A stretch of DNA of 64,000 nucleotides, taken from the IMG/VR virus record IMGVR_UViG_3300044658_000141, positions 39,077 through 103,076 of that record; one strand, given 5' to 3'. The notes below the pieces were generated by a model. That model was not told the origin of the DNA and did no database searches. It saw only the letters and a program-made list of their open reading frames with translations. The stretch is from a virus. Positions 1 to 9,792 of this stretch are shown piece after piece (position 1 is the stretch's first letter; every line of letters starts with the position of its first letter). The position numbers and the translations under genes were made by a program.

Positions 1-1
1 T

Positions 2-892
2 GAAGGAAATCGTGCTCGTGCTACCAGTCGTAACTTGTGTAAGTGCAGTCGGAGTGGAACCGCCAAATGCCAACGTTTCGCCTTGCGCATTCACGGCTGT
101 TACAATAATCCAGTACGTTGCAGCAGAAAGCGTGCCACCCGTGGTTGTAGTGGACGCGCCAACAGCAGGAGGAGGAGCCCAGAGATTCTGCGCACCATTT
201 AGGTATGCCACTTCCTGACCGAGCATCAATGATGGTGCCAACTTCGAGGCAACTTTTGCGCGAACATCAGGCTCAAACATACGCCCGTAGAGTTCGCTTT
301 CCATTGTCACGACATCACTGAAAGCCAATTGCCGCAACACATTGGATTTATTGACCCAGGTGTAACTGGCCTTCTGCGGCGCGGTTTGCTGTGCCAGGAT
401 GAACGAGCCGAGAGTTGGACCACTTCCACCAAACACATCTGTAATAGCACGCCAGTTCTCAACATCGATGCCCACGCTTGGCGTACGTGGAAGCATGTTT
501 CTGAACGGGGTATCGAACGGGACAACAAACTTGGCAAGCGGCTCAAGGTAGTAGCCAGTCCAGTCCGCGTTATTGCCAATATACTGCTGATCGCGGTTCT
601 GACTACCTTGCTGGATCGCGTTAATTGTTTCTTCGTTGAGATGTTGATGAACGAACTGCTTGGGCATGTTCATTCGGCGCATCTCTTGCACAAAGCGATC
701 TGAGAACTCGGCTCCGTCCTCATAGGCGATACCGTGACGAGCACGCGCCATAATGAGAGCCTGGTTTTTGAGGATGTCACCTTCGGTATACAGTCCTTCA
801 TCGATGACACCCACTGCTACGCGGGAATCGCCGATGCTTTTTTGTGCACTTTGGGGCAACTGTTCCTTGATGGATGTATCAGTTACTGCCAT
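2..892 (-). CDS. Major capsid protein (N-terminal part; C-terminus runs off window start)
   Basis: Not in the ORF track because it has no stop in the window. ATG at 892 reads MAVTDTSIKEQLPQ...YLEPLAKFVVPFDTPFRNMLPR... open to position 2. It lies directly downstream of the protease/scaffold gene and ends in an Ig/FN3-like insert (TTGGTLSAATYWIIVTAVNAQGET). Confidence 0.75.
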   Translation of the reverse strand, partial: MAVTDTSIKEQLPQSAQKSIGDSRVAVGVIDEGLYTEGDILKNQALIMARARHGIAYEDGAEFSDRFVQEMRRMNMPKQFVHQHLNEETINAIQQGSQNRDQQYIGNNADWTGYYLEPLAKFVVPFDTPFRNMLPRTPSVGIDVENWRAITDVFGGSGPTLGSFILAQQTAPQKASYTWVNKSNVLRQLAFSDVVTMESELYGRMFEPDVRAKVASKLAPSLMLGQEVAYLNGAQNLWAPPPAVGASTTTTGGTLSAATYWIIVTAVNAQGETLAFGGSTPTALTQVTTGSTSTISF

Positions 893-897
893 TATTT

Positions 898-2640
898 TTA
901 TCTCCGGCGTTGCGCTGCAAGAGCTGCAGCCATCGCATCTACTTGTTTGTCAGGAGTATCCAACTGGCCACGCTTGGAAAGTTCAGCCATCGCCTGGTAA
1001 ACAGCGCCATAAGTGAGGGCTTCATCATTGCGTGGTAGTGGATCAGTAGCCAACTGCTTTTCAATTGGCGGACGAGGCATCACACTCGCATTCAAAACCG
1101 GGCCACCAGGCATCGGCTGTTCCGCAATTTTGTCAACTTGACCTTTTACCGCTGACAATTCAGCGCGTACTTCGTCTAAGCTTGATTTGGTTGGGATCTC
1201 AGCAATGCGAGCCTCAAATGTCTCGAACGCCCTGGTGATTGAAGATGTAATAAGTTGGTCGATATTGGTCGGAGCGGCGTTGACATTACTGCGTGCTAAT
1301 GTGCCTGCAATGCTCTGTAGTCGTGAATAAACGGGCTGTAATGAGCGCTCAATAAGAGAAGTAACAACCCGCTCCATGTCCTTCTCTTGGCCGTTGTAGA
1401 GTGATTGCCAGTCGTTGTCTGGATCGTCATAGCCACCAAGATCAACATCACCATCATTGTCAGGATCGATGATCTTCATGGCGGCTGCACACTGCGGGCA
1501 ATCGTCTTTGCAGTTTTTCATCTGCGCCACAGCTGCGTGCAATGTATGTGCTATGGCTTTATGGTTCGCATCCTGTGTGCCTTTACCAACACGTGCTCCT
1601 GCTCTTTCCAAGGATCGGGAAGCTTCTGGCTCGTCTTCTGTCGTATCCAGCACATCGGTAGCAAATCCGTCAGCACGTACAATGGTGACATCGCAACCAG
1701 GACAGGCCGGGTTATCGACTAACGACAACTCAGCAACGGTATATCTTGGCAGGTAAGGGTATTCTTTGCCCTGGTACTCTTTTTTTGGCCAGCGGCGTGG
1801 ATCGTTGCCAAACTCAGGATCAGGGATAATCGATGCAGAGTAGCCAGTGAGTACGTTGTCCTCAACTTTGAGCCAGGTGTCCTGCGCACCACGCGAGACG
1901 CGAGATCCGACATAAATAGCGCGTTCTTCAGGATCGGGCGTGATGTCAACAGCCTTGCCAACAGCTTTCTTTGGATCGTGCTGCTCGCGGATATTGCCAC
2001 GCCATTTGGTCCAGGCTTCAGGATAATAGCCGAAGATCGTGCCGTATGAGTCTGGCACTTCAGCGGTAGCCTGCCCCCAAACTTCGCGCTTTGCGGCATC
2101 GATACGCACCAATGGCAGGCTCATCACATGGCGATCTGTGGTCTGGATAGCAGCGACAGGTTCGTGCGTACGGCTATGGGAGTGGGCTCGTTCCTGCGCG
2201 GCTTCTTCGTGGCTGTGTTTGTGGTCTGCATCATTGTCGTGGCTGTGCTCGTGTTCGTGGTTCTCATCATCGCCTTGACCGCCAAAGGCCGGGTGGGCAT
2301 GTGAGTGTTTGCCAGTAAATGCATCGTGGCCACCATCGGCGCGAATGAGTACGCCAGTAGTTACGCGCTCTTTGGAAGTGTCATCTTCTTTTGCTGTATC
2401 TGGCAATGAGCCCTCCAGTCCAAGTCGTTTAGCTATGGATTTAATCTTGCGGCGTACTGCGTCAGGACTATCTGCATGACCTGCAAGCCCCCATGCATCT
2501 TCAACATCGCTACCATCCTCGATAGGATAGCTACCATCCGGCCCTGCAAAATTTTCAGGATGCTCTTTAAGATAAGCCTCCCGTTTTGCAGTTGTCCACT
2601 TGGCACGATGAAGTTCCAAGAGATTATCTATCTCTACCAT
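898..2640 (-). CDS. Prohead maturation protease/scaffold fusion (HK97-type), with N-terminal FAGPDGSYPI domain and His-rich linker
   Basis: Protease motifs NIREQH...AVGK, LTGYS and ELSLVDNPACP; C-terminal coiled-coil scaffold; position between portal and capsid. GGAGG RBS before ATG 2640. Confidence 0.8.
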   Translation of the reverse strand: MVEIDNLLELHRAKWTTAKREAYLKEHPENFAGPDGSYPIEDGSDVEDAWGLAGHADSPDAVRRKIKSIAKRLGLEGSLPDTAKEDDTSKERVTTGVLIRADGGHDAFTGKHSHAHPAFGGQGDDENHEHEHSHDNDADHKHSHEEAAQERAHSHSRTHEPVAAIQTTDRHVMSLPLVRIDAAKREVWGQATAEVPDSYGTIFGYYPEAWTKWRGNIREQHDPKKAVGKAVDITPDPEERAIYVGSRVSRGAQDTWLKVEDNVLTGYSASIIPDPEFGNDPRRWPKKEYQGKEYPYLPRYTVAELSLVDNPACPGCDVTIVRADGFATDVLDTTEDEPEASRSLERAGARVGKGTQDANHKAIAHTLHAAVAQMKNCKDDCPQCAAAMKIIDPDNDGDVDLGGYDDPDNDWQSLYNGQEKDMERVVTSLIERSLQPVYSRLQSIAGTLARSNVNAAPTNIDQLITSSITRAFETFEARIAEIPTKSSLDEVRAELSAVKGQVDKIAEQPMPGGPVLNASVMPRPPIEKQLATDPLPRNDEALTYGAVYQAMAELSKRGQLDTPDKQVDAMAAALAAQRRR

Positions 2641-2716
2641 ATTGACCTCCAACTAATAACAGGGTATAATTAATGAGGATAGTATGACTTCTAGAGCGGA
2701 TTGAAAGGATTTTCCT

Positions 2717-3586
2717 GTGCAGACGACCACCTTCATTTATGCCTTGATTGACCCTATTACTGAAGAGGTTCGATACATCGGCAAGAGTAATAATCCTCGT
2801 AAGCGATACATCAACCATACAACGAGTCATCATTTTCAAGTGCACAAGAGTAACTGGATTAAGAAACTTCAAAGTCAGGGGATGCAACCCATACTTCTGA
2901 TTCTGGAAGAGGTTCCTATATCGAATTGGCAAGAGCGCGAACGCTACTGGATTAGTTATTATAGAGAGCATGGTTGCAACCTCATCAATCGTACCGACGG
3001 CGGCGATGGACTAACCAAACTCTCGCCTGAGCATCGTGCTAAAATAGGGCTTGCAGGTAAAGGCAAAAAACGTAGCCCTAAAACGAAAGAGCGATGCAAA
3101 ACAGCAGCACAAAACAGATCTACCAGTCCTGAGTGGAGAGCAAAATTGTCTGAATCCGCGAAGAAACGTCCTCCAATGAGTCCTGAGACGAGAGCAAAAA
3201 TAGCCGCGACTAAGAAAGCCCAAGCTGCTACGCCTGAGGGAAGGGCAAACATAGCAAAAATGCAGAAAGCTAGACCCTCCAAGCAATCACCAGAAATCTT
3301 AGCAAAAAAGTCTGAAACGATGAAAGCAAAATATGAAGCTGGATGGGACATAGGCGAAGAGGGAAGAACAAAGATATCAGTTGCAAAAAAAGGTGTCCCT
3401 AGATCTCCTGAAGTTATTGCAAAAATGTCAGCAGGGCGCAAAGGCAAGGGAACAGGCCCACATTCTCCTGAACATCTTGCAAAAATATCAGCAGCAAGAA
3501 AAGGCAAACCCCAACCACGACAGAGGTGTGAGAAATGCCATCGATTTAGCAAATCGCCTTTATGTGATAAATGTCGATCTTTGTAA
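2717..3586 (+). CDS. Freestanding GIY-YIG homing endonuclease with NUMOD3-like repeats
   Basis: FIYALID...RYIGKS..PRKR..H and ERERYWI...NLIN motifs; repeated SPE(H/T)RAKI(S/A) units; antisense to the head operon. Confidence 0.9.
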   Translation: MQTTTFIYALIDPITEEVRYIGKSNNPRKRYINHTTSHHFQVHKSNWIKKLQSQGMQPILLILEEVPISNWQERERYWISYYREHGCNLINRTDGGDGLTKLSPEHRAKIGLAGKGKKRSPKTKERCKTAAQNRSTSPEWRAKLSESAKKRPPMSPETRAKIAATKKAQAATPEGRANIAKMQKARPSKQSPEILAKKSETMKAKYEAGWDIGEEGRTKISVAKKGVPRSPEVIAKMSAGRKGKGTGPHSPEHLAKISAARKGKPQPRQRCEKCHRFSKSPLCDKCRSL

Positions 3587-3631
3587 AACAGTTTTCTACC
3601 CCTACACCCCACGGTGTTCATAAATTGCAAT

Positions 3632-3663
3632 AAAAAACCCCTGAGCGAGTGGCTCAGGGGCTC
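3632..3663 (-). terminator. Intrinsic terminator downstream of the tRNA-like gene, containing GAGCC-CCT-GAGCCA motif
   Basis: Minus strand CCCCTGAGC-CACTC-GCTCAGGGG followed by TTTTTT. Confidence 0.7.
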
Positions 3664-3693
3664 GATTCTCTTGCGAGAGAAATATTTCTTTGG

Positions 3694-3769
3694 TGGATTG
3701 CCTGGTAGGACTCGAACCTACAGCGCCTGCAGTATTCCGGCAGTGCTCTACCATTGGAGCTACAGGCAA
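3694..3769 (-). tRNA. 76-nt tRNA-like gene, nominal anticodon AAU, non-canonical anticodon arm (possible pseudo-tRNA)
   Basis: Cloverleaf: TTGCCTG/CAGGCAA acceptor stem, GCTC-CAATGGTA-GAGC D arm, GTAGG-TTCGAGT-CCTAC T arm, encoded CCA (then a second CCA). Anticodon loop GGAATAC lacks U33; C31-U39 mismatch. Extended -10 TGCTATACT just upstream. Confidence 0.8.
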
Positions 3770-3806
3770 TCTTTAGTCGAAGTATAGCACAGCATGCAAA
3801 GTTGTG

Positions 3807-4982
3807 CTAGTAATGTGCAGACAAGGGACTTCCTTGCAACAAATCCAGTAGCCGTTGAACTGCACTGCTATCTTCCGACAACAACAACGAGTGATACGGT
3901 TCCTCGTTTGCATTGACCAGTCGTACACCTGCTGACTCTGCCCACTCTCGCTCCTCTGGACTAAAACCATCCTGCAACCACACTGCCGATTGTACATCGT
4001 TCATATGCATACAATATTGTATAGCTAGTGGCTTCTTGTCCAAATTAGGATAGAGCCGTTCCGCTTCAATCTCATCCTCCTCTAGCGTGAGAGGGTACCA
4101 GACAGCCCAAGCGTGTAATCCGGCACGTACACACCAACCATTGGCTAACTGTCCCCAGTGCGTCATCCAGATAGGTCTAATATTCTTGTCTTGATCAATC
4201 GTTTGCAAGATTGCGTTTGCCTGCGGGATCGGCCACCCTTCTTTGCCATAAATTGTTTCTTGTGGCAGACCAGCACTGGCAACCGAAAACACACCATCTA
4301 CATCGAGGAAGAGATAAGTAATGTCCTGATTTGCTCGCACGCTACGTCTAATAGGTTGATCGTTCACGACGATGGTTTTGTAATGGATGCAGTTTATGTG
4401 CATTGGAAAATTTGGTACATCATCAGACAAATTATAAGTATTTCCGGCATAAGCGGCGCACGTGTCAGAACTGCTATGCCCAGGCTCAATCAATATCTGC
4501 AATCTGAGTAACCCATCATCTTCTAACTCTTCGGCATTGTCCTCGTCCTGCACGTCATCCACAAACTGATCAGTGCCAGCATTCTCACCAGTGCTCCACG
4601 TATTATCAGCAATCTGCTGCGTTTTCCACGGCAAGAAACCGCTAATCCAGTCACCAACAGCAGAGACAACATTCTTGATACCGCTAATAATATCGCCAAG
4701 GGCTCGCTCTTGTGGCATCTCTTCAAGAGCATGACGGAGCAAGGTCTCATACGTCTCTGCGATACTCTCAACCTGCTGAGAGGCCCATTGTTGCGATTTC
4801 TCAACCTCGGACTCGGTGACTTGCCAGGGCTTACGCATGCGAACCACGTGAGCGGTCTTTGATCGGGCACGTTGATAAGCTTGAGCTTTTGCGAGGAGAT
4901 AGCCTTTGGCAAGTATATTGATAAGTTGCTGTCTGTCTTCGTCAGTAAATCTATAAGCAGCAATAATGGAGTCCTTGTTCAA
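3807..4982 (-). CDS. MuF/SPP1 gp7-like head morphogenesis protein fused to C-terminal HAD (Swiss-Army-Knife type) phosphatase domain
   Basis: Directly after portal; Cys/His motif C...FPMHINCIH. C-terminal LFLDVDGV...W.THW...VWLQDG HAD signature. Confidence 0.65.
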   Translation of the reverse strand: MNKDSIIAAYRFTDEDRQQLINILAKGYLLAKAQAYQRARSKTAHVVRMRKPWQVTESEVEKSQQWASQQVESIAETYETLLRHALEEMPQERALGDIISGIKNVVSAVGDWISGFLPWKTQQIADNTWSTGENAGTDQFVDDVQDEDNAEELEDDGLLRLQILIEPGHSSSDTCAAYAGNTYNLSDDVPNFPMHINCIHYKTIVVNDQPIRRSVRANQDITYLFLDVDGVFSVASAGLPQETIYGKEGWPIPQANAILQTIDQDKNIRPIWMTHWGQLANGWCVRAGLHAWAVWYPLTLEEDEIEAERLYPNLDKKPLAIQYCMHMNDVQSAVWLQDGFSPEEREWAESAGVRLVNANEEPYHSLLLSEDSSAVQRLLDLLQGSPLSAHY

Positions 4983-4985
4983 CTT

Positions 4986-7900
4986 TTAATCCTCCATCGT
5001 TGCTGCCTGCCTATGTCCGCGTTGTGCTACACGCTCAAAGACAGCATTAACACTCTTCGCCAAATCATCCTTGTTGGCAATGGCTGGCTCTGCCTCTTTG
5101 CCACGTGCGCGATTGAACACATTACGGACCTGATCAGGCGTTGTACACTCCACAAGTTCGTCACTTATCCATTTATGAATATCTGGAGATATGAGTGTGG
5201 TGGTAAAGCCTCTCTGTGTACGCCCAGCCTTCACATCATCTATTGCCCTGGTCCGCCAGCGTTTGTACTCCTGTGAGATCGCCCGTTCATCATTGCCACC
5301 ACTTTGGGATGAGGCATCGGGCGTAGGATCGATTTGATGTGTTGCTCCCTCTGTTCTTGCAACCATTGTATTTTGCGTGGATCGCTCAAAATGCGCTCCA
5401 TCTTCCTGGCTTGCCTTTTCCTCTTGCATCTGTTGCGTGAGTAATTGAAGGAGTTCGCTAATCGTGTAGCGCTTCTCTTCAAGTCCCTTTTGCTCGTTGG
5501 TAGCATCTTCTTCTTCCTCCTCATCTTCGTAATAGTCATACTCACTCTCATCTGCCAACATGGCACGAAGCATCTCTGACTGTGCTTTCTGTACAAGCTT
5601 TTCCAGTACGCTCGCCCTGGCTTGTGTCATGCCACGCTGGCCTTGCAACTTACCAATTGCCGATGTCAGATTCTCCACGAGGCTAGCGGCATCTTCTTCA
5701 TTCTGATGAGAGTTGATAGCCTGCATTAAATCATGGAGATCTTGCGCGATATTCGCCGCTTCTTGCGACTCCTGAGTCGTCCACGTCTTTGATGGTTTGC
5801 GTCCTGACAGTGCATTGTAGAGTTGCGCTTTAGAACCGATCGTGTTCACCAGCGATTGCAATTGTTTGGCCGCAGCCTGTTGTGCTTTTGCCGATTTCAT
5901 AGCAACGTGGGACTGGGTATTAGCTGATTTTGCAGCAGTCTTAGCAGCCTTAACCGCAGCGGTCTGCGCCTTCTGTTGTGCCTTCGCTGCCATCCTCTCA
6001 GCTTTTGCCTTGGCTGCTGCTGCTTGTTTCTGCAATCGTGCTTTCTGAGCCTGGGCCCTGGCTTTTGCCTCCGCTGCTCTCTTCTTCGCTGCCGCTTTTG
6101 CTTTCTCAGCCTTCAATTTAGCGGCTTGCTCTCGTCTTGCCGCTGCTTCCTTTTGCTTCTGCTCGCGTTCCGCCGCTTTCTCAGCGCGAATCTTTGCCAT
6201 CTCCTGTTGCCGTTGTTCGCGTTCCTGTTGGCGCAATGCACGCATCTGTTGTACGGCCTGATGCAAGTTTGCCTGAGCTTGATGGAGCGCTGCTCTTGCC
6301 GCCGCCTTCTCCCCCGGCGCAGCATTGTGCAGGTTCTGCTGTGCCTGGTGAAGTGCGTCACGGGCTGATTGCAATTTGGTTTCAGCGGCTTGTAACTTTG
6401 GTTGAAGTTGTGCCGTTGCCTGCGAGGCTTGTTTGGCTGCTGGTGACGTATCGTGTTTAGCTCCATAGGCCGGGTGTGCAAAATCGCCATGTGTTTTCTG
6501 ATCATGGTCATGACCACCGGGTTCATGGCGCGCAAAAAGAATGAGATCAGCAAAAGGATTGTAGCCATACTCATCAATACCATACACACGCTCTAGTTCA
6601 CTAAATGGCTCATCCTGGTCCGATTTGAGGAGTTGTAAGATCTCATCCTCGTATGCCAGATCTTCTGGCGTTGGAAGTTCACTCTCTTCTTCGTCTAGCT
6701 CGTCGGCTTCATCACCACTATCTGCATCAGCATCTGCTGAAGTATCCATCTGACCAGCAGTAGCGCGGCTCAACTCTTCCTCGTCGCTCTGATCAGATTT
6801 GCTCTGGCTACTCTTCTTCTGTGGTGGTATCTCTTCTTCTTCGCTATCATCCTGTTGTGGCTTCTGTTGCTGCGTAGATTGTTGCGGTTGCTGTAAGCCT
6901 TGCAATTTCGCTTGCAGGGCAGCATTGCGCATTTTATCGGAGGCCATGTCATCAAGAAAGATGGGACCATCTTTTGTTACCAGGATACGACCAATGTACG
7001 GAGCATTAGGATCGTCTGGAAGTTTCAACAATTTGCCAGCGTTAGTCACGCCTAAAATGCCTGATGTTACTAGTTCACTGTATGCACCTGCTAACTCTGA
7101 TACATCCTCCTCCTCTTCATATCCTCCAAAACTCGCCTCAAACATTTCACCATGTAAATCAGGGTCAAAGTCATTGTTCATACATTGCGTGAGGAAGCCC
7201 GCATACACCACTGCAAGCGGGTCAATAGTACGCCTGTATGTCACATTCTGCTGAGAGTCACCGCTACTCTTGTGGATATCCTCAGTAAATGCAACATCCT
7301 GCATACTTAGCCCATATGCCGCTACGCAGATGTTGATGAGGAACTTATCAAAGGTAGGATCAAGTTGGTACTGCTCAAATGCCTGATATTCCATGCCGGG
7401 TTGTGTAAAACGCATACGGACCTGCTGACTTTGATTGCCTGCAAGTAAAGCGTTCCACGCCTGTTCAAATGCATCGATCTGGTCAGGAGTCCACGTAGCA
7501 TCGGCTGGCACCTTCATCATGCCTTGTGGAATATTGCCCTCTGTGAAATGGCTCAAGTCTTTCTTCTGCTTGCGCAATGCTTGATTAACAAGCATGATGA
7601 TACGCTCGACTCTGGATTGTCCATAAGGATTGTCGGCGGCTGGTGACTCTTGGTAGTGGATCATCTCATCAGATCTGAACCACGCACCTGGCAGACCCCA
7701 TGGGTACTGCTGATAGGCATAGGATGGTGGCTGTGGTATCTTTCCCCAATCGTCCAATAGTGGTTTCATCTGATCGCCCGAAATTATCTCTAATGCATAT
7801 AGCCCACCACCACGCTTTTTACGCTTGTAAACATATAACTCATCAATTTGGGTTTGTTCCCGGAGGGCAATGCGTATCCAACTATGCAGGTCATGCATTT

Positions 7901-8384
7901 TATCTGGAGAGTCAAACCAACTGCGGAAGTACGCTATTTCGGTTTGATAGTCCTTGTCGTTTGCACCTGCGGCCACGTATTCGGGTTTGAGTGATATTTT
8001 GAGTTGCATACGTGGGACGAGATCGAACCAAGCCCTCTCGCAGAGAGTCACGCCAGAATATAATTTCGCCAAATTACGTAATTGCTGAAAACTAGGTATG
8101 TCGGGATTTTGATTAGTGCGATCAACGGGGAAGGTATTGTAGGCTGGAACGAATTTCCACTGGACGGGATAACCTAATGGATTTGCGGATGGTTGGGGTG
8201 CGAGCGGAATCCCAGGGCTGAACAGGGCCGCCTGTCCGGTGGGTATATTTGCTTGCGTGCCGTAAAAAACTTGACCTAGAGTGCCCTGCTTTTGGCCACC
8301 AGGCACGTACATTAAACCGTTCCCAATCGGATAGACAGCAGATCGATTTAGTGCTTCTCTTTTTTTACGGCTTCGCTTATTCAT
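4986..8384 (-). CDS. Portal protein with ~630-aa C-terminal extension
   Basis: HK97-like portal motifs (YGQSRVE, FTEGNIPQG, ICVAAYGL) in the first ~480 aa; follows TerL; then acidic, His-rich and Ala/Lys/Gln coiled-coil regions. Confidence 0.85.
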   Translation of the reverse strand: MNKRSRKKREALNRSAVYPIGNGLMYVPGGQKQGTLGQVFYGTQANIPTGQAALFSPGIPLAPQPSANPLGYPVQWKFVPAYNTFPVDRTNQNPDIPSFQQLRNLAKLYSGVTLCERAWFDLVPRMQLKISLKPEYVAAGANDKDYQTEIAYFRSWFDSPDKMHDLHSWIRIALREQTQIDELYVYKRKKRGGGLYALEIISGDQMKPLLDDWGKIPQPPSYAYQQYPWGLPGAWFRSDEMIHYQESPAADNPYGQSRVERIIMLVNQALRKQKKDLSHFTEGNIPQGMMKVPADATWTPDQIDAFEQAWNALLAGNQSQQVRMRFTQPGMEYQAFEQYQLDPTFDKFLINICVAAYGLSMQDVAFTEDIHKSSGDSQQNVTYRRTIDPLAVVYAGFLTQCMNNDFDPDLHGEMFEASFGGYEEEEDVSELAGAYSELVTSGILGVTNAGKLLKLPDDPNAPYIGRILVTKDGPIFLDDMASDKMRNAALQAKLQGLQQPQQSTQQQKPQQDDSEEEEIPPQKKSSQSKSDQSDEEELSRATAGQMDTSADADADSGDEADELDEEESELPTPEDLAYEDEILQLLKSDQDEPFSELERVYGIDEYGYNPFADLILFARHEPGGHDHDQKTHGDFAHPAYGAKHDTSPAAKQASQATAQLQPKLQAAETKLQSARDALHQAQQNLHNAAPGEKAAARAALHQAQANLHQAVQQMRALRQQEREQRQQEMAKIRAEKAAEREQKQKEAAARREQAAKLKAEKAKAAAKKRAAEAKARAQAQKARLQKQAAAAKAKAERMAAKAQQKAQTAAVKAAKTAAKSANTQSHVAMKSAKAQQAAAKQLQSLVNTIGSKAQLYNALSGRKPSKTWTTQESQEAANIAQDLHDLMQAINSHQNEEDAASLVENLTSAIGKLQGQRGMTQARASVLEKLVQKAQSEMLRAMLADESEYDYYEDEEEEEDATNEQKGLEEKRYTISELLQLLTQQMQEEKASQEDGAHFERSTQNTMVARTEGATHQIDPTPDASSQSGGNDERAISQEYKRWRTRAIDDVKAGRTQRGFTTTLISPDIHKWISDELVECTTPDQVRNVFNRARGKEAEPAIANKDDLAKSVNAVFERVAQRGHRQAATMED

Positions 8385-8427
8385 GCATCTTCACCTAAAA
8401 ATAGCGGAATCGGCAACTTATTATCAC

Positions 8428-9792
8428 TCATCTCGCACCTCCAGGCCACGCAGGTGCTGCGGTTCGCGTGCGGGACAACTCGACACGGCGCTTCATGGCT
8501 GCCACTTGTTCAGCTGCTGACAATTCGCCTCCACCCATTAACTCAGTAAGTGCCCATACAAGCGCATCCAGCCTATCTGGTGACTTCTGCCCTGTTAATG
8601 GCTCCCATTGACACATCTGATCTTCGAGTAAGGGAAACATACCTACATGATGTACTTTGCCCTGCTCATAGAATGAGGCTATAGGCTCAGCTCGTGTATA
8701 CTTTCCTCGACTTGCATAGACCTGCTTGTAAGAAACCTGCTTATCTACAGTACGAACATTCGACTCAACCAACTGCCCACCGTTATTCTGTTCGCCTATG
8801 ATGCGATCACATCGATATTTATGATAGGCTGTCACTGCTTCAGATGCCCAGGTGAGAGGTGAGGCATGTAAGCTCTTATCATCCAAGACATAACCATGCC
8901 CATTTCCATCAATACCAGCAACCACAATACCGGTCTCTGCACTCTCTTCCTGATCAGTAACAGCAGGATCAATAGCTACGACTACACGCAATAACTCAGG
9001 ATGTGAGGTTACACGGTATACCTCAATCATCTCCTCGCGTTTCCATAACGCACCCTCAACATCATCAAGAAGTTCAGCGTATAATTCTTGCCTTCCTAGC
9101 CTTGTCCCGGCATAACGCTGCTTAAGTGTCTCCAACGCAACGGAGGAGAGATTTGCGGCATTATCAAAAGTATTCCCTCTGGTAACATGTATATCTTTAC
9201 GTGCCAGCAGTTCTTTGAGCCACTTGATTGGCTTAGGAGTAGTAGTAACAACTGCTTGAGGTGATTGCCCTCGTGGACCTTTTAGACGCAACCCAAACAG
9301 TAACTGATCCCAGGTTTCAGATGGATATTTAGCGGCACATGGCTCATCGAACCAGGCCCGATGATGTTGTGGACCCCTTAATCGGTCGGGATCTTCAGCA
9401 CTAAATAGCTTGTACTTTGTTCCATTGGTAAGATATAGCTCACCTATTGAGCGGTTCCAAGTAGCAATCTTGTCTTTGGGAAGAATATTGAGCAGACCTG
9501 ATTCACCCTCGATACAGGTATCCCTGGCATCGGCAAACGTTGGAGCAACGATAGCGATACGGCTTTTCTTGTATTTGAGCCCGTATGCTTTCACATCTTC
9601 TGCTGCTGTCCGAGTTTTCCCGTACCCGCGACCCGCGAGTATCAACCACACATTCCAGTTACCTGCAGGAGTCATCTGTTCAGGTCGCGCCCATACAGAC
9701 CAATCATAGAGCAGTTCAGCCGCTTGCTCATCAGTAAGCTTTTCAAGCTCAGCACGGGGCAATCTGGCAAGTTGAGCAGCAAGAGTGGTCAT
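8428..9792 (-). CDS. terL: Terminase large subunit
   Basis: Walker A AGRGYGKT, LRGPQ..AWFDE, TTTP motif, RNase H-like VAIDPA and C-terminal SPDRLDA. Confidence 0.95.
   Translation of the reverse strand: MTTLAAQLARLPRAELEKLTDEQAAELLYDWSVWARPEQMTPAGNWNVWLILAGRGYGKTRTAAEDVKAYGLKYKKSRIAIVAPTFADARDTCIEGESGLLNILPKDKIATWNRSIGELYLTNGTKYKLFSAEDPDRLRGPQHHRAWFDEPCAAKYPSETWDQLLFGLRLKGPRGQSPQAVVTTTPKPIKWLKELLARKDIHVTRGNTFDNAANLSSVALETLKQRYAGTRLGRQELYAELLDDVEGALWKREEMIEVYRVTSHPELLRVVVAIDPAVTDQEESAETGIVVAGIDGNGHGYVLDDKSLHASPLTWASEAVTAYHKYRCDRIIGEQNNGGQLVESNVRTVDKQVSYKQVYASRGKYTRAEPIASFYEQGKVHHVGMFPLLEDQMCQWEPLTGQKSPDRLDALVWALTELMGGGELSAAEQVAAMKRRVELSRTRTAAPAWPGGAR

Noticed and set aside
2959-3630. 223-aa hydrophobic minus-strand ORF
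   Set aside because: Shadow of the Lys/Ala-rich NUMOD3 repeats.
5842-7254. Cys/Leu-rich plus-strand ORFs
   Set aside because: Reverse-frame artefacts of low-complexity portal sequence.
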